64,000 nucleotides of DNA, taken from Hyaloraphidium curvatum SAG 235-1. Lineage: Eukaryota; Fungi; Monoblepharomycota. The stretch spans positions 1 through 64,000 of the forward strand of contig JAIVFI010000003.1 in the NCBI GenBank assembly GCA_025558095.1. The letters are read 5' to 3'. Within the stretch, counting starts at the first letter, position 1. Every line of letters begins with the position of its first letter. The position numbers and the translations under genes are program-made. Positions 32,640 to 44,539 of the stretch are shown here, in pieces. Under the pieces are notes generated by a model, which did not search any database, was not told the origin of the DNA, and saw nothing but the letters and a program-made list of their open reading frames with translations.

Positions 32640-33773
32640 TCAATCTTGCTTGGGCAGAACTCGCAGAAGGAAGCGTTCGATGTCCTGGATCTCCTCGAGG
32701 TTGGCGGAGCTGCAACCACCAAATCAGCCGCGACGTCCTTTCCCCGTCCCGCGCACACTCACTGCCCGAGCCCGCGGTACTCCTTCCACTCGGGCTTGAA
32801 CCCCAGCTCCTTGAGCCGGTCCCTGCTCGCCGACCCGCGGAAGTGCGGGACCACAGCGTCGTCGGTGCCGTGGAACATGGCGAGGGGGGTGTCGAGGTTC
32901 GGGTTAGCGGGGGACATGAGCTGCGTCGGGGGAGCAGGGCATCAGCATGGCGCTCGTTGGACGGAAGCGAAGGGTGGGCCTCACCTCGATCGCCTTCTTG
33001 GCCAGCGGAAGGTACCCGCTCATCTGCCGGCATCCCATCCAATCAGCAAAGCCCTCCCGGACGTCGCGGCCGCACGCACCCCAAAGAACCCCGCCAGCTT
33101 GCCGATCCCGCCCTCCTCCTTGCTCCTGCTCAGCACGTCCGTGAGCAGCGCCATCGCGCAGCCCTGCGAGAAGCCGCCGAGGACGATACGCGACTCGGGG
33201 ACGGTCTTGGACTCGTCGATGATCCAGGAGTTGACTTTCTCGGTGCGGTAAGTGACGAGAGAGGACGAGGGGGCGGAGAATGCCCACTTTTGTCGACGGT
33301 CTTCTTCATCCCTGCCTCGTCCTCCTTCTTGTCGATCTGGTCCAGGCTGGGGCGGCGGTTGGTTTCGGCAAGGCAAACGAGGTTCGCGGAGCTCACCTCG
33401 GGATATCGTACCACGCCGGCTGGTAGGTGAGGAGAAAGAGAATCAGCGAAAAGAAAGACAGGCTCCCAAGACTCTGGCGTGGGGACTCCCATCGAAGCGG
33501 GGAGACAGCCGAAAGACGGGTCCCCATTGTTTCGCCTCCTGCCCAAGTAAATCGACCCCGAATGGAACCACAAACCATCGACATCCCGTAGTTGAGCGTG
33601 ACGGCGATGCTAGGCGCGTGCGGCAGCACCCATTTGATCCACGGCAGCTTCGCCGCCAGCATGTCCGCCACGTCGGCCCAGCCGTGGCCCGTGTCGCCGA
33701 GGCCGTGCAGGATGAAGACGGTGGCGGTGTGCTTGCCCGTCGGCGGCACCGTCACCGCGGAGAGCTTCGACAT
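32640..33773 (-). CDS. acyl-protein thioesterase 1 / lysophospholipase (phospholipase-carboxylesterase family)
   Basis: FILHGLGDTGHGW, PAWYDI, RIVLGGFSQG (Ser), HGTDDAVVP (Asp) and YRGLGHS (His). Multiple short introns. Confidence 0.92.
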
Positions 33774-34154
33774 GGCGGTGCGGAGGCCCGCCAGCGGGGG
33801 CGGCGGGGACTCGGCGGGACGGGTGCTGCCCGGGGCGACCGCGGGGGAATCGCGGGCAAGAAAGGCGTACGAGAGCGCCGCAAAGAGCAGGAACGCGAGA
33901 GAACGCGTGATTAGGCCGCTCGACCGGCTTCCGGGAGGGGAATCGGAAGGTGCCAGATTTCGTGCCCGTCGGGTCGATCGTCGGCACGCGAGTCAAGGCC
34001 ATCCCGGGGATCTTCTAGGCCGACATTCTCAACTAAGCTGCTCATGCCGAGCGTTGTCAAGCTGCAGAGCACCAACTACTTGTCTCTGTCCTTGGATTCT
34101 AACTGTTTGACATTTCTATCGAGAGGCCGTGGTTCTGGCGGCATCCGAAATCGG

Positions 34155-34221
34155 AACGATGATGAACTCCGCAAAGAGACGCAATGTAGCTCCGCGACAT
34201 CTCTATCGTGCCTCTGATGTT
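34155..34221 (+). ncRNA. candidate box C/D snoRNA
   Basis: Box C ATGATGA at 34159-34165, box D CTGA at 34214-34217, and a 4-bp terminal stem aacg/tgtt in an AT-richer intergenic stretch. No guide target recognised. Confidence 0.3.
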
Positions 34222-34463
34222 GACAGCTGATCGACGGACCGTGCTGGCCGACGCAGAGTGAGGGGGATGCCTCGCCACAGCCCTCGATCATCGGGCGGGC
34301 GGAACGGGCGCCACGAGATAAATCGCCCTTCAACGGGGAGAACCGCGGCCAGGAAAGCGCCTCGAGCCTTTTCCGTGCTTTTCGTCCCCGGAATCGACCC
34401 CGCGGCCCCGGGCCCGGCCCCTCTTTCCCCCGCCTTTTCCCCCGCCGACCGTCTCCCGCAACA

Positions 34464-36186
34464 ATGGCGCCCTCCGGCGAAGTCGACGGCGCGGCCGACA
34501 AGCTCGCCGCCGCCACGCTCCGCGAGCGCGATGCCAAAGTGCAGCTCTCGTCGTACACAAACCTGTACGTGCTGGAGAAGCAGGGGCCGCAGCTGGTGGC
34601 GACCCGCGGCAAGGGCATCTACGTCTACGACGAGGTGGGCGGCCCGGGCTCCGAACCCACTTCATGGTCTGACGAATCTGCTCCTCCCTGTGTTGTAGGA
34701 CGGGAAGGAGCTCATCGAGGGCATGAGCGGGCTGTGGTGCACCTCCCTCGGCTGGGGCGAGGAGCGGCTCATCGAGGCCGCGACGCAGCAGATGCGGGAC
34801 CTGGCCTTCTACCACAGTTTCACGCTCAAGTCCCACCCCAAGGTCATCGAGCTGTCGGAGATGCTGCTGGAGCGCGCGCCGGTGCCCATGTCCCGCGTGC
34901 TGTTCTGCAACTCGGGCAGCGAGGCCAACGACACGGCCATCAAGATCGTCTGGTGGGCGCCTTTGCGATCGGCAATCGTCGTTTGTCTCACTTTCGCCAA
35001 GGTACTACAACAACGCGCTCGGGCGGACCAAGAAGAAGAAGATCATCTCCCGGCTGCGGGGCTACCACGGCGTCACCGTCGCCGCGGCCTCGCTCACCGG
35101 CCTCCCCGCGAACCACAAGGACTTCGACCTGCCACTGCCCCAGATCAAGCACACGAGCAGCCCGCACTACTACAAGGAGGCCAAGGAGGGCGAGACGGAG
35201 GAGCAGTTCGTGGAGCGGTGCGCCAAGGAGCTCGAGGAGCTGATCGTCAAGGAGGGCGGCGCGGACGAGGTCGCGGCCATGTTTTGCGAGCCGGCGCTCG
35301 GCGCCGGCGGCGTGATCATGCCCCCCAAGGTGGGTTTTCGGGACGCGACGGTGTGGTCGTCCCTTTCAACGTCCTGCTTGCCCACAGGGGTACTACGAGG
35401 CGATCCAGAAGGTGCTCAAGAAGTACGACGTCCTGCTCATCGCCGACGAGGTCATCAACGGCTTCGGGCGGACTGGCAACTTCTGGGGCTCCCAGACCTT
35501 CAACATCGAGCCCGACATGCTGACGTGCGCCAAGGCGCTCAGCAGCGCCTGTGGGTCCTCCGGCGCCCGTTCCGCGACCTCATTCTTGACCACATTCCCA
35601 TCCAGACCTTCCCATCTCGGCACTGATGCTCAACGCCAAGATCCACGGCGTGCTGGTCGACCAGTCGGTCAAGCTCGGCGCGTGGGCCCACGGCTTCACC
35701 TACTCGGGCCACCCCGTCTCGTGCGCCGTCGCCGTCGAGACGCTCAAGATCATGGACGAGCGCGGGATCGTGCAGCACGTGCGGGACCTGGAGCCGCTGT
35801 TTGCGGCCGGGATCAAGAGGTTCGCGGAGCGCAAGTACGTCGGCAACACCAGGAGCGTCGGCCTGCTGGGCGGGATCGAGCTGGTGGCGGACAAGTCGAC
35901 GCGGCCGGGGGCGCCGTTCGACGCCAAGCTGGCGGCGGGGCCCAAGTTCGTCTCGCTGGCGCAGAAGCACGGCGTCATCGTCCGCGTGGTCATGGACACC
36001 ATCGGTGAGTGGAGATGGTGTCGCAGCGCCGCTCACCATAACCGAACCCGATTTGCAGGCGTCTGCCCGCCGCTGATCATCACCGAGGAGCAGCTCAAGG
36101 AGCTGTTCAAGCGGCTGGAGGCGGCGATGGACGAGTTCGAGACCGTCATGGACGAGCACCTCGTCAACAAGGACAAGAAGGAGTGA
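34464..36186 (+). CDS. class-III PLP aminotransferase (omega-amino acid/GABA:pyruvate type)
   Basis: EGMSGLWCTSLG, NSGSEANDT, GYHGVT, DEVINGFGRTG, CAKALSS (PLP Lys) and HGFTYSGHP. Introns 34635-34698, 34953-35001, 35330-35387, 35551-35605 and 36005-36058. Confidence 0.93.
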
Positions 36187-36546
36187 ATGTGTGCCAGCGT
36201 GAATGGTAGATTCTCGTGCGATAAAGCATCGTTGACCGGAGCTACGCTACGTCCTGCTGCCCGTCGGAAGTATTGCCCTGCAAGCCTCCATCTCCTTGGG
36301 GCGCCGCGGTAGCGGCTTGAGGAGGCCGCTCGACGAACCTGAATACTTCCTCCACGGGGTCCCATTCGATGTCGCGGTCGTCTTGGCTGCGTTCGATGCG
36401 ACGACTCAAGGAGCCAGTCAGGTCGATCCTCCTCGATCGCATCAAAAATGCGCTCCCGGTCCTGCAGGTACACGATTGCATGCTCGGATGGGGTCCAAAT
36501 CACCGAGCGAAGTTCGGCGACTGTTCGACGCGCTCCCAAACAAAGA

Positions 36547-37200
36547 ATGATCGTCCTCGTGGACCTCGACGGCACGCTGACGGATCCGGCCCCTGGGATC
36601 ATCTCGTCCATTCGTCATGCGCTCGAAACGCACGGCTATCCCGTGCCGCCGGCGTCGGAGCTCGGCTGGACCATCGGTCCCCCGCTCCGGCAGACCTTTT
36701 CCCGGCTCGTCCGACCCGGAGCGGACGTGGAACAGCTCGTGGCGGCGTACCGGAGCGTGTATGGCGCCGGAGGACTGTTCGATGCGGAGGTGTACTCCGG
36801 GATCGACGCTGCGCTGCGGGACCTGAAGCCCAAGGCGTCGAGGATGCTGGTCTGCACGGCGAAGCCCCTCCCGTTTGCCCGGCGAGTGCTCGAGCATTTC
36901 AAGCTGGACGAACATTTCGATGGGGTCTACGGACCGGACATGGGCGGTGCGCTGGACGACAAGGGTGATTTGATTGAGCACCTGCTCGCCGTCGAGAAGC
37001 TGGAACCCGTCCGCGCGGTCATGATCGGGGACCGCGGAAGCGACGTTTCGGCGGCAAAGAGGCACGGAATCCCGACTGTCGGCGTGCTCTGGGGCTACGG
37101 CAGCAGGGATGAGTTGACGACGGCAGGAGCGGCGAAGCTAGTTGCCGAACCAAAGGACCTGGTGGATGCCGTGGAAGCGGTCCTGCGGACAACCGACTAG
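36547..37200 (+). CDS. HAD-superfamily phosphatase (phosphoglycolate-phosphatase/5'-nucleotidase-like), intronless
   Basis: DLDGTLTDP, IGPPL, CTAKP, K..LI, MIGDRGSD and GVLWGYGS motifs. Confidence 0.9.
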   Translation: MIVLVDLDGTLTDPAPGIISSIRHALETHGYPVPPASELGWTIGPPLRQTFSRLVRPGADVEQLVAAYRSVYGAGGLFDAEVYSGIDAALRDLKPKASRMLVCTAKPLPFARRVLEHFKLDEHFDGVYGPDMGGALDDKGDLIEHLLAVEKLEPVRAVMIGDRGSDVSAAKRHGIPTVGVLWGYGSRDELTTAGAAKLVAEPKDLVDAVEAVLRTTD

Positions 37201-37238
37201 TCGAAGTCGCCAGCAACCGCTGCACTCTATGTAAACCT

Positions 37239-39375
37239 TCAAGGAATGTAGATGGATGCGCCCCTGCCCCTCTGCCTCGACGCGTTCTCCGTCACCAGCG
37301 CCGGCAGCCTCGTCTCCCACACCGTCTCGAGCCAGTCCAGGATCAGCGCCCTCGTGTCCAGCGGGGACACGATCTCCTCCACGTCGAACGCCTCGGCCGA
37401 GCGGACGGGGTTGGAGATGACCTGCAGGTGCCTGGCGATCCGGACCCGCTCGCGCTCGCGCTCGCCGGGGTCCTTGATGGCCTCGAGCTGGCCCTTGAAG
37501 GCCGCTTCCACGCCGCCGGCCAGGGGGAGGGAGCCCCACTCGCCCGAGGGCCTGCAGTCGAGACGTTAGTGATGCTTGTACCTGCTAGGCGCCGATGTAC
37601 CCACCAGGCAACGCGGACGTTGATCTGCGGATCGTCACCCTCACCGCGGGCCACGAGGATGCCGCCTCCGACGCCGTAGGCCCTGGAAGTCGTGAATTAG
37701 CTAACGGCAATTGGCTTGGGATGGACGAAGCTCACTTCCGGGCAACGACGCAGTACTGTGGGCAGTTGAGAACTCGGGTGAGCATCTCATCGAAACGCTC
37801 CCTCGCTCTGCGATCAACCCACCCACGGCACCTTGCTGTCGTAGGAAACAGCCGTCAGCCTCGCACCCGCCCTGATGGTGCCCGACCGCTCGGCCGCCGT
37901 CCCGACCGCAAATCCGGGGCAGTCTGGATATCGACACATGTCAGCTCTGAATGAACCTGCAATCCCCGGAACTTGCTCACCGACGAAGTTGATGATGGGC
38001 AGCGTGAAGGTCGACGCGATGCCGATGGCCCTGCACAGCTTCTCGCACGCCTTGGCGCCCAGCGCCCCACCCGAGAACCTCGGGTCCCCGGCAAAGACGT
38101 AGCACGGCTTCCCCCCGAACCGGGCCAGCACCGTCCGCACCTCGCGGCCCCACTGGATCCCAATCTCGAAGATGCTCCCCTCGTCCGCGAGCAGCCTGAG
38201 GTAGTCCATAGGATCGTACGGCTTGCTGCCGTTTTCCGGGATCACTTTGAGGATCGCGTACGGGTCCTGGTTCGGCTCGGGGTCGCGCGGCGGGGCCAGC
38301 GGGGGCATGGTCCAGCGGTTGGTGGGGAGGTAGGAGAGGAAGCGGCGGATGTGGAGGAGGGCTTCGCGCTCGTCGGCTACGATGTTGTCGACCGTGCCGT
38401 TGGGGCCGTGGATCTGGGTCTGCCATTAGCAACAGATTCGGAGGTACGGCCGCAATGTAGAGCCCACGTTGGGACCGCCCAGCTGCGCCTTGGAAAGGTT
38501 CTCGTCTGGCCATGTCACAGGCGTTCAGAGCACAGGCCGGCGGCATCAATCAACAAGAGACCCACGAGTTGCCGGCAGCACGACCGGCGGTCCGGCCGCA
38601 AACAGCTGCCCGTTCTGCGGCATCACGACAAAGTGCGCCGTCGCCGCCTTGGCCGCGCCCAGCCCGACGGCTGGGCCGAGGCAGGCGGCCGCGACGGGGA
38701 TCTCGTCCAGCATCTTGACGCTCTGGTTGAACCCCGGCATGGAGGTAAGCTTCGAGTAGCCGGACTTGGTGATCACGGCGACGCTGCATGAGTGGCGTGA
38801 GGTGACCGGATCAAATTGTGCAACATCAAGACCGACCTGCCGCCGCCCGAAGAACCGTCCACGAGCCGGATCATCGGCACGCGGAGCTCACGGGCAAGAC
38901 TCTCGGTGAAGATGGCCTTGCGCGCAATTGCACCGTCGGCATGGCCTCCCCTCACGGAAAAGTCATCCGCCCCCACAACCACAGGCCTGCCCTGGATCTT
39001 CCCCTTGCCCGCGACAAAGTTGGCCCGCTGGAAGCCCACCAGCTTCTCGGGATCGTCGGTCCCGTAGGTCGCCGAGCCGGCGACGGACCCGTGCTCGCGG
39101 AACGAGCCCTCGTCGAGCAGGAGCGCCACCCTCTCCCGAACCGTCAACTTCTCTTGCTTGCGCTGTCGAACAATGCCGGGGTCGTTCTCGGGCAGCTTGC
39201 GGGACAGGCTCGCGCGCTCCTGGACCTGGCCGAGGACGACGTTCCAGTTGGTGCCCGCGGGCGGGACCGCCGACGTCGGCGCGTGCACGCCGGCCACGGT
39301 CGCGGGGTCCACGGGGGCCGAGCCCGAGAGGTGCGAAGCGACCGAGGCGACGCGTTTCTCGGCCTGGGAACCCAT
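37239..39375 (-). CDS. biotin-dependent acyl-CoA carboxylase carboxyltransferase (PCC/MCC beta-like)
   Basis: KLTVRERVALLLDEGSF, DDFSVRGG, LFAAGPPVV, LGGP..HGPNGTVD, DCPGFAVG and AWPSGEWG. Several introns. Confidence 0.9.
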
Positions 39376-39513
39376 CGTTCGGCGGGGATGTGCCGGGAGA
39401 CGGTTTCGGTTTGGTCCGACACTGTGGCAAGGGGAGCCCGGCTCCGGTTTCCCCAGACCGACTTCCAATAGAATATCATCGACTACATTAGAGCGACTAC
39501 GGAAGAAGATCCA

Positions 39514-40647
39514 TCAATCGTCCAGCTTCTGGTCCCGCAGCCTCGTGCCGACCTCTTCCACGTCCCCTCCATCCGCCTTGCGATCGCCGCCCTCCGCGTC
39601 CGCCTCCGCCTTGCGGTAGCAGAGCCACCGCAGCTCGATCGGTGGTCTTTCGCCCTCCTTTACCGCAAACACGTCCCATCCCCCCGCCCACTCCTCGAAC
39701 CACGACGTCGGCGGCCAGCTCTCGCCCGGCTGGTGGGCGCGCTCAAACTCCTCCACAGGATCGTCCGACACGAGCGCCAACCCGAGCCCGGCGGCGGCCC
39801 CGTCCAGCTCCTCGCGCGTGAAGAAGGTGCACCAGAAGACCTGCCCGAGCTGGCGCTCGAGATCGGTGGGCTCGTACCCGGGGAGGGCCAGGAAGACGTT
39901 GACGACAAAGGTGCCGCCGGGCCGCAGCCACCTCGCGGCGCTTTCGAAAAGCGTGCGCAGCTGCTCCGCAGTCCGGAAGTGCGGCGTCACCTCGCTGCAG
40001 AGGACGACGGAGAAGGAGCTCTCCTCGAGTTCCAGATTCCCCGAGGCCGCGTCGCCCTCCACGACGGTCAGGGCCAGCTTCGCGTCCGCAGGCTTTTGCC
40101 GGAGCATGTCGGCAAACTTGGGCGTGATCTCGACGGCGGTGACCGGGTGGCCCTTGGCGGCCATCGGCAGCGCGTTGCGCCCCGTCCCGGCGCCAATGTC
40201 GAGGATCGGGTGGTCCCCGGTGGGCTCCAGCGTGCCGGCGACCTGCACCAGCTTCGCGTCCGGGTTCTTGCCGAACAGCGGCTGCTCGTGCGTCTCGTTC
40301 CAGTCATCGTACTGCTCCGCCACCGTGCCAACCTCGTACCAAACCGTGTACTCGACCCCGCCCCCGTCCTTTTCCGGCTCCCACGAGACGTGCAGCTTGC
40401 CGTGCGGGGACACCTTCCACGCCGCGCCGACCCTGACGCGGATCATCTCCTCCATGTCGTCCAGCTCCGACTCGGCGAACGGCTTCCCCATGGCCGCGAA
40501 CATGTCGCCCAGCCGCTTGCGGTAGAGCGGGAGGAGGGCCGGGGCTGCGGGCCACGAGAGCTCGCCCTTTGTCCGCGTGCGGCGGGCCATGCGCCGCTCC
40601 ATCGCCGCCTGGAGCGATTCGCGGGGCGGAAGACGCGCATCGGACAT
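39514..40647 (-). CDS. class I SAM-dependent methyltransferase, intronless, bacterial-type
   Basis: ILDIGAGTGRNA, VTAVE and WLRPGG. N-terminal GELSWPAAPALL and C-terminal WPPTSWFEEWAGGWDVF..PIELRWLCYRK resemble a bacterial family (recognised from memory, not searched). Confidence 0.88.
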   Translation of the reverse strand: MSDARLPPRESLQAAMERRMARRTRTKGELSWPAAPALLPLYRKRLGDMFAAMGKPFAESELDDMEEMIRVRVGAAWKVSPHGKLHVSWEPEKDGGGVEYTVWYEVGTVAEQYDDWNETHEQPLFGKNPDAKLVQVAGTLEPTGDHPILDIGAGTGRNALPMAAKGHPVTAVEITPKFADMLRQKPADAKLALTVVEGDAASGNLELEESSFSVVLCSEVTPHFRTAEQLRTLFESAARWLRPGGTFVVNVFLALPGYEPTDLERQLGQVFWCTFFTREELDGAAAGLGLALVSDDPVEEFERAHQPGESWPPTSWFEEWAGGWDVFAVKEGERPPIELRWLCYRKAEADAEGGDRKADGGDVEEVGTRLRDQKLDD

Positions 40648-40787
40648 GTCCGAGTCCAACTGATGATATTGAAGGCCGAGAACGGCAGAGGAGCGCGTAT
40701 GCAGCCCAATCGGAGATGAAGGACCCTGAGGCGGACGCGTAAACAAACAACGGACGCGCAACCACAGCCTGCCACTAGCTCGACCCG

Positions 40788-42230
40788 ATGGAGCCGCAAA
40801 TGTCGGTCGAAGGCGCACTCGTTGTCGGGGAAGCCGCTCCGCAGGCTGCTCCGGCCGCTCCCCGGCCTCGTCCGTCGACACGCGTCGGCTCGATCCCGGA
40901 GCTCGTGTCGCGCATCCTCGGCCACCTTCCGCGGGACGACGACCGGGACCGGCGACCATACGAACCGCGGAGGACCTTCTTCATTCCCCGCAAGGATGAG
41001 AGGAGGGCGTTCCTGGTGGACTGTCTCAGGGTGTCCCGCCTCTGGTCGGCTTGTGCAGAGGCAGTTCGTCTACGGCAACCTTGCCATTTCTTCTCCGAAA
41101 TCCCTCGGACTGCTTCTGACTGGCCTGGCCCTGCGGAGACAGCGGTTGCGGAACGTGCCGCGCACGAGAGACGTCCTCATGGTCCGCCGGATAGATCTGT
41201 CGGAGTGGCACTCGGTCCGCTACCACGGACTCGCCGCGGTCCCGGGCGAGGAGGGGCAAGACCTGCGCCAGGTCACCATTCTGGACGTTCGCCTCGCCCA
41301 CGGGACCCTGCGTCCAATGCTGGACGCCCAGTTTCGGACCCTCGCCTCGGAGCTCGCTTCGGGGGACACAATCAGGGGCAGGGTGGAGGAGCTTGTCTTT
41401 CCCATCGGGTCTTTCTACGGACAGCTCGCGGAGCTCCATTCAGAGACTGCCCTTCCGGGGTTCGACCTCCGCGAACCGCTGCTGTCGTTGCTGGGCGCCG
41501 GCAGGAGGGACCATGCCGCGTTCCTCGACTTTGAAGCGAGCAGGGTCGATTTCATGTCCCCGGCCACTTTCGCCGCCCTGCTCGGCCACTGCGAGATCCC
41601 GCACCTGGACCTGCCGGCGGACTTTGGCATCTTCCACCTCGCCACGTGCCCAAGCAAGCTGCGCTCCGTCAGGCTCCGCCAGAACATCGCCTACGTCCGG
41701 CTGAGCCCGACTGCGGAAGCACACCCGGGCAGGATCTACGAGGTCATGCCGCCCATGCTCCGGACCCGGCGCGACGCCGAGAGCTTCATCCAGATCCCGA
41801 GCGACCTGCTGAAGGGGACCATGTTCCCCGCGATGGTGAACCTCACCTCGCTCGAGCTTTTGAACCCCTCGCCCCTCGTTTTCGCCCTGGCTGCCGGGCA
41901 CCTGCCCAACCTGCGGCGCCTCGTGAGCGACACCGGCGCCATGAGACCTGAAGGAGGCCGGCCCTACAAAGTTGCCCCGCGCCTCGGCGCCGCGGTCACC
42001 CTCAGACCCGACCTGCTCGGTGCGGCAACGAATGCTCCTGAATCCAGATACACAGAGATCTGTATGGACATGGAGTTTGTTCTTCACGAGGCCAGGGGCC
42101 CTCCAGAAAGGGAGTGTCGCATGGTGACAAAGGCTGATCGCGCGGGACCGCGGGACCAGAGCAACCCAAGTCCAAAAGGGCTTCGGATTCCGGACCCTTT
42201 CCGGCTGTCCGGGAGATACTGCATCTCGGT
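40788..42230 (+). pseudogene. F-box/LRR-like gene with a frameshift near 41055
   Basis: IPELVSRILGHL...LVDCLRVSRLWSACA in one frame continues as RQFVYGNLAISS...LTSLEL..LPNLRRL in another frame. The 3' end is uncertain. Confidence 0.55.
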
Positions 42231-42247
42231 TGGGTCAGCCGCACGCG

Positions 42248-42778
42248 ATGTGGCCGTTCGCCTCGGACTCGGCGCGGCTCCGGGACGCGTGCGCCGCGGG
42301 CAACGCCGCGCGCGTGCGCGAGCTGCTCGCGGGGCGCCGCGCGGACGCCAACGCGGAGGACCGGCACGGCCGCACGGCGTTTTTCATCGCGTGCGAAAAG
42401 GGACGCGCCGACGCGGTCCGGCTGCTGCTCGCCGACGGGCGGGCGAACGCGGACGCGCGCGACCTCGACGGCGAGACGGGCTTCGCCGCCGCGTGCAGGG
42501 AGGGGCACGTCGAGGTGGTCCGGCTGCTGCTCGAGGCGCCGGGGGTCGACATTAATGCAAGGACGGACTACGGGAGCTGCGGGTTCGTGCTCGCGTGCGC
42601 GAACGGGCGCGCCGAGGTCGTGCGGATGCTGCTCGCGGACGGGCGGGCGGACGCGAACGCGAGGAACGCGGACGGATCGACGGGGCTGGCCTGCGCGCGC
42701 AGGGAGGGACACGCGGACGTCGTGCAGCTGCTCCTCGGCGATGCGAAGGTGGACCGCGGCGGGGACGGGGGGGGCTGA
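42248..42778 (+). CDS. ankyrin-repeat protein (about 5 repeats)
   Basis: GRTAFFIACEKGRADAVRLLL, GETGFAAACREGHVEVVRLLL and GSTGLACARREGHADVVQLLL. Confidence 0.85.
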   Translation: MWPFASDSARLRDACAAGNAARVRELLAGRRADANAEDRHGRTAFFIACEKGRADAVRLLLADGRANADARDLDGETGFAAACREGHVEVVRLLLEAPGVDINARTDYGSCGFVLACANGRAEVVRMLLADGRADANARNADGSTGLACARREGHADVVQLLLGDAKVDRGGDGGG

Positions 42779-43483
42779 GCGGCGGCGGACGACGGCGAAC
42801 GAGGCTCGGAGATCGATGGAGGAGTTGGCAGCGTTGCTTGGGTCGTCGGACGCGGAGCTGCACATGGAAATGCCGCCGACGGACGATTTGGCCTGGGGCG
42901 ATCCGTGCTCGCGGATGGACGATGGGGGGTCGTGGCGAGGGGGGCCATGTGCGGCGCACGGATCGTGGTTCCGGGCCTACATCGCGAACAGGAGGAAGGT
43001 CCTCGGCGCGGCTCGAGGAGCTCGAGGGCTCGGGATCGTCGCGTTCGGGAACGGAAGGCTGCGCCGCATGAGGAAGGAGCGGGACGACGTGGACCCGGAC
43101 GCGGCGGTGGAAACGGCCCGGATCGTGCGGCCGAACCAAAAGGCGTCGGACGGCATCTCGGCCTGGATGCCGCCGGATAGTGATGGTGCGTGATGACGAA
43201 TGATCGTCGAGATTGAAAGGCCTTCGCGGCGGATCGGTGCTGGATACCATCGGGGAGCTCGGAATCGCGGTCAAGTTCGGGTCGCTGACGGTTACGCCGA
43301 TCGCGCCGGTGGAGCACGACGCCATGGACCTGGGACGAGGTCATGGAGGAGGCGAGGAGATCGTGGCTGAACCCGGCAGCGCCGGCAGAGAGCTGCAGTG
43401 GATGAGCTCTGTACGTGGGGAGGACGAGACATGGAGCTAGCACCCCGCGTAAGATCGCGCTGCGACCGTACACCGCGCCGCGA

Positions 43484-44539
43484 TCACGTCAGCATTCTCG
43501 CCCCGGGCATGGCCCTCCAGAACGCCCGCTCCTTCTCCTCCCTCGTCACCGCCTCGGCCCTCGGCGCCGGCACCGTGACCGCGAAGCTCTCCAGCCGCGC
43601 CGCCTGCAGCACCGCCCCGACGGCGGCGTACTCGGCCTCGTCCAGCGTCGGGCGGGGGAAGTTGAGCTCGAGCATCTTCAATCCGTCCGGGAGGCCCGAG
43701 AGCAGGCTGCGCGTGGTTATCCCAACGAGCGCGAGCCGTTCGAGGCGGAGCGGGGAGAGGAGCAGGCGGAGGTCCACGTCCGCCGAGCCGAGGTACAACC
43801 AGAGGTCCTTCAGCGCCTTCGGCGCCAGCGCCAGCAGCTCGGGCAGGTCGAATATGGTGACCGCCGTGGACCGCAGCTTCTTGGTGAGCGACGGCAGGCT
43901 CCGCAGGTCGAGGTGGGTCGCGTGCCATATGTTGGAGTAGTCCCAGCTGTCCAGCGCCGCGTGGCGCTCAAAGAGCTGCAAAAGGGAGACGCATCGCGCG
44001 TCGCGTGCGCTCATCTTCATGGTCCGCACGCCCGGCGGGACCGACATGGTGTCCAGAACCGACTCATCGATGGACGGCGAGGTGACGCCGATGGATCGCA
44101 GGCTCCGCACGATGAAGTCGATCTTTCTCAGGCAGGGGCCCCGGCTGCCGGGTCCGAGGACGAGCTGGAGTTGCCCCTCCTCGGTCGGCGACATCGTCAG
44201 GTACTCCAGGTTGCCGACGCACCGCGCCAGGAGCCGCGTTTCGAGGTCGGGATCGGCAAACAGCCGCAGCGAGAGGCGCTTTATGTGGGCGAACTTGGAC
44301 GCCGTGAGGGGCGAATCGGCGAGGAAGTTCTCGGCCCGCGTCCGGTTGAACGCGTCGTAGGAAAAGTCCATCTCGCGAAGCAGACGCGGCAAGACGACGT
44401 CGTAACATACGCGACCAGCGAGGGCCACGTTGAGAAGTGTTCGACGCCACGATCCAGGGACCGCGTCGACGACTTTCAGGAACAGTTCCGTGGGGAGGGC
44501 GGGCGTTTCCAGCTCCGTACAGCCGCCCGGCGAGCTCAT
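43484..44539 (-). CDS. F-box/LRR(RNI)-like protein, intronless
   Basis: LPTELFLKVV..TLLNVALAGR followed by LxxLxL repeats (IKRLSL, LEYLTM, LKDLWL, LERLAL, LKMLEL). Confidence 0.7.
   Translation of the reverse strand: MSSPGGCTELETPALPTELFLKVVDAVPGSWRRTLLNVALAGRVCYDVVLPRLLREMDFSYDAFNRTRAENFLADSPLTASKFAHIKRLSLRLFADPDLETRLLARCVGNLEYLTMSPTEEGQLQLVLGPGSRGPCLRKIDFIVRSLRSIGVTSPSIDESVLDTMSVPPGVRTMKMSARDARCVSLLQLFERHAALDSWDYSNIWHATHLDLRSLPSLTKKLRSTAVTIFDLPELLALAPKALKDLWLYLGSADVDLRLLLSPLRLERLALVGITTRSLLSGLPDGLKMLELNFPRPTLDEAEYAAVGAVLQAARLESFAVTVPAPRAEAVTREEKERAFWRAMPGARMLT

Noticed and set aside
36242-36540. Minus-strand coding-like fragments between the aminotransferase and the HAD gene
   Set aside because: Frameshifted, with no recognisable domain; not supportable as a gene.
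36547-40647. Bacterial contamination or a chimeric contig
   Set aside because: The intronless bacterial-type genes are interleaved with intron-rich genes of similar composition and show no operon or RBS layout. Read-level confirmation is still advisable.
42816-43440. Small ORFs downstream of the ankyrin gene
   Set aside because: No motifs and no convincing splice model; possibly relics.
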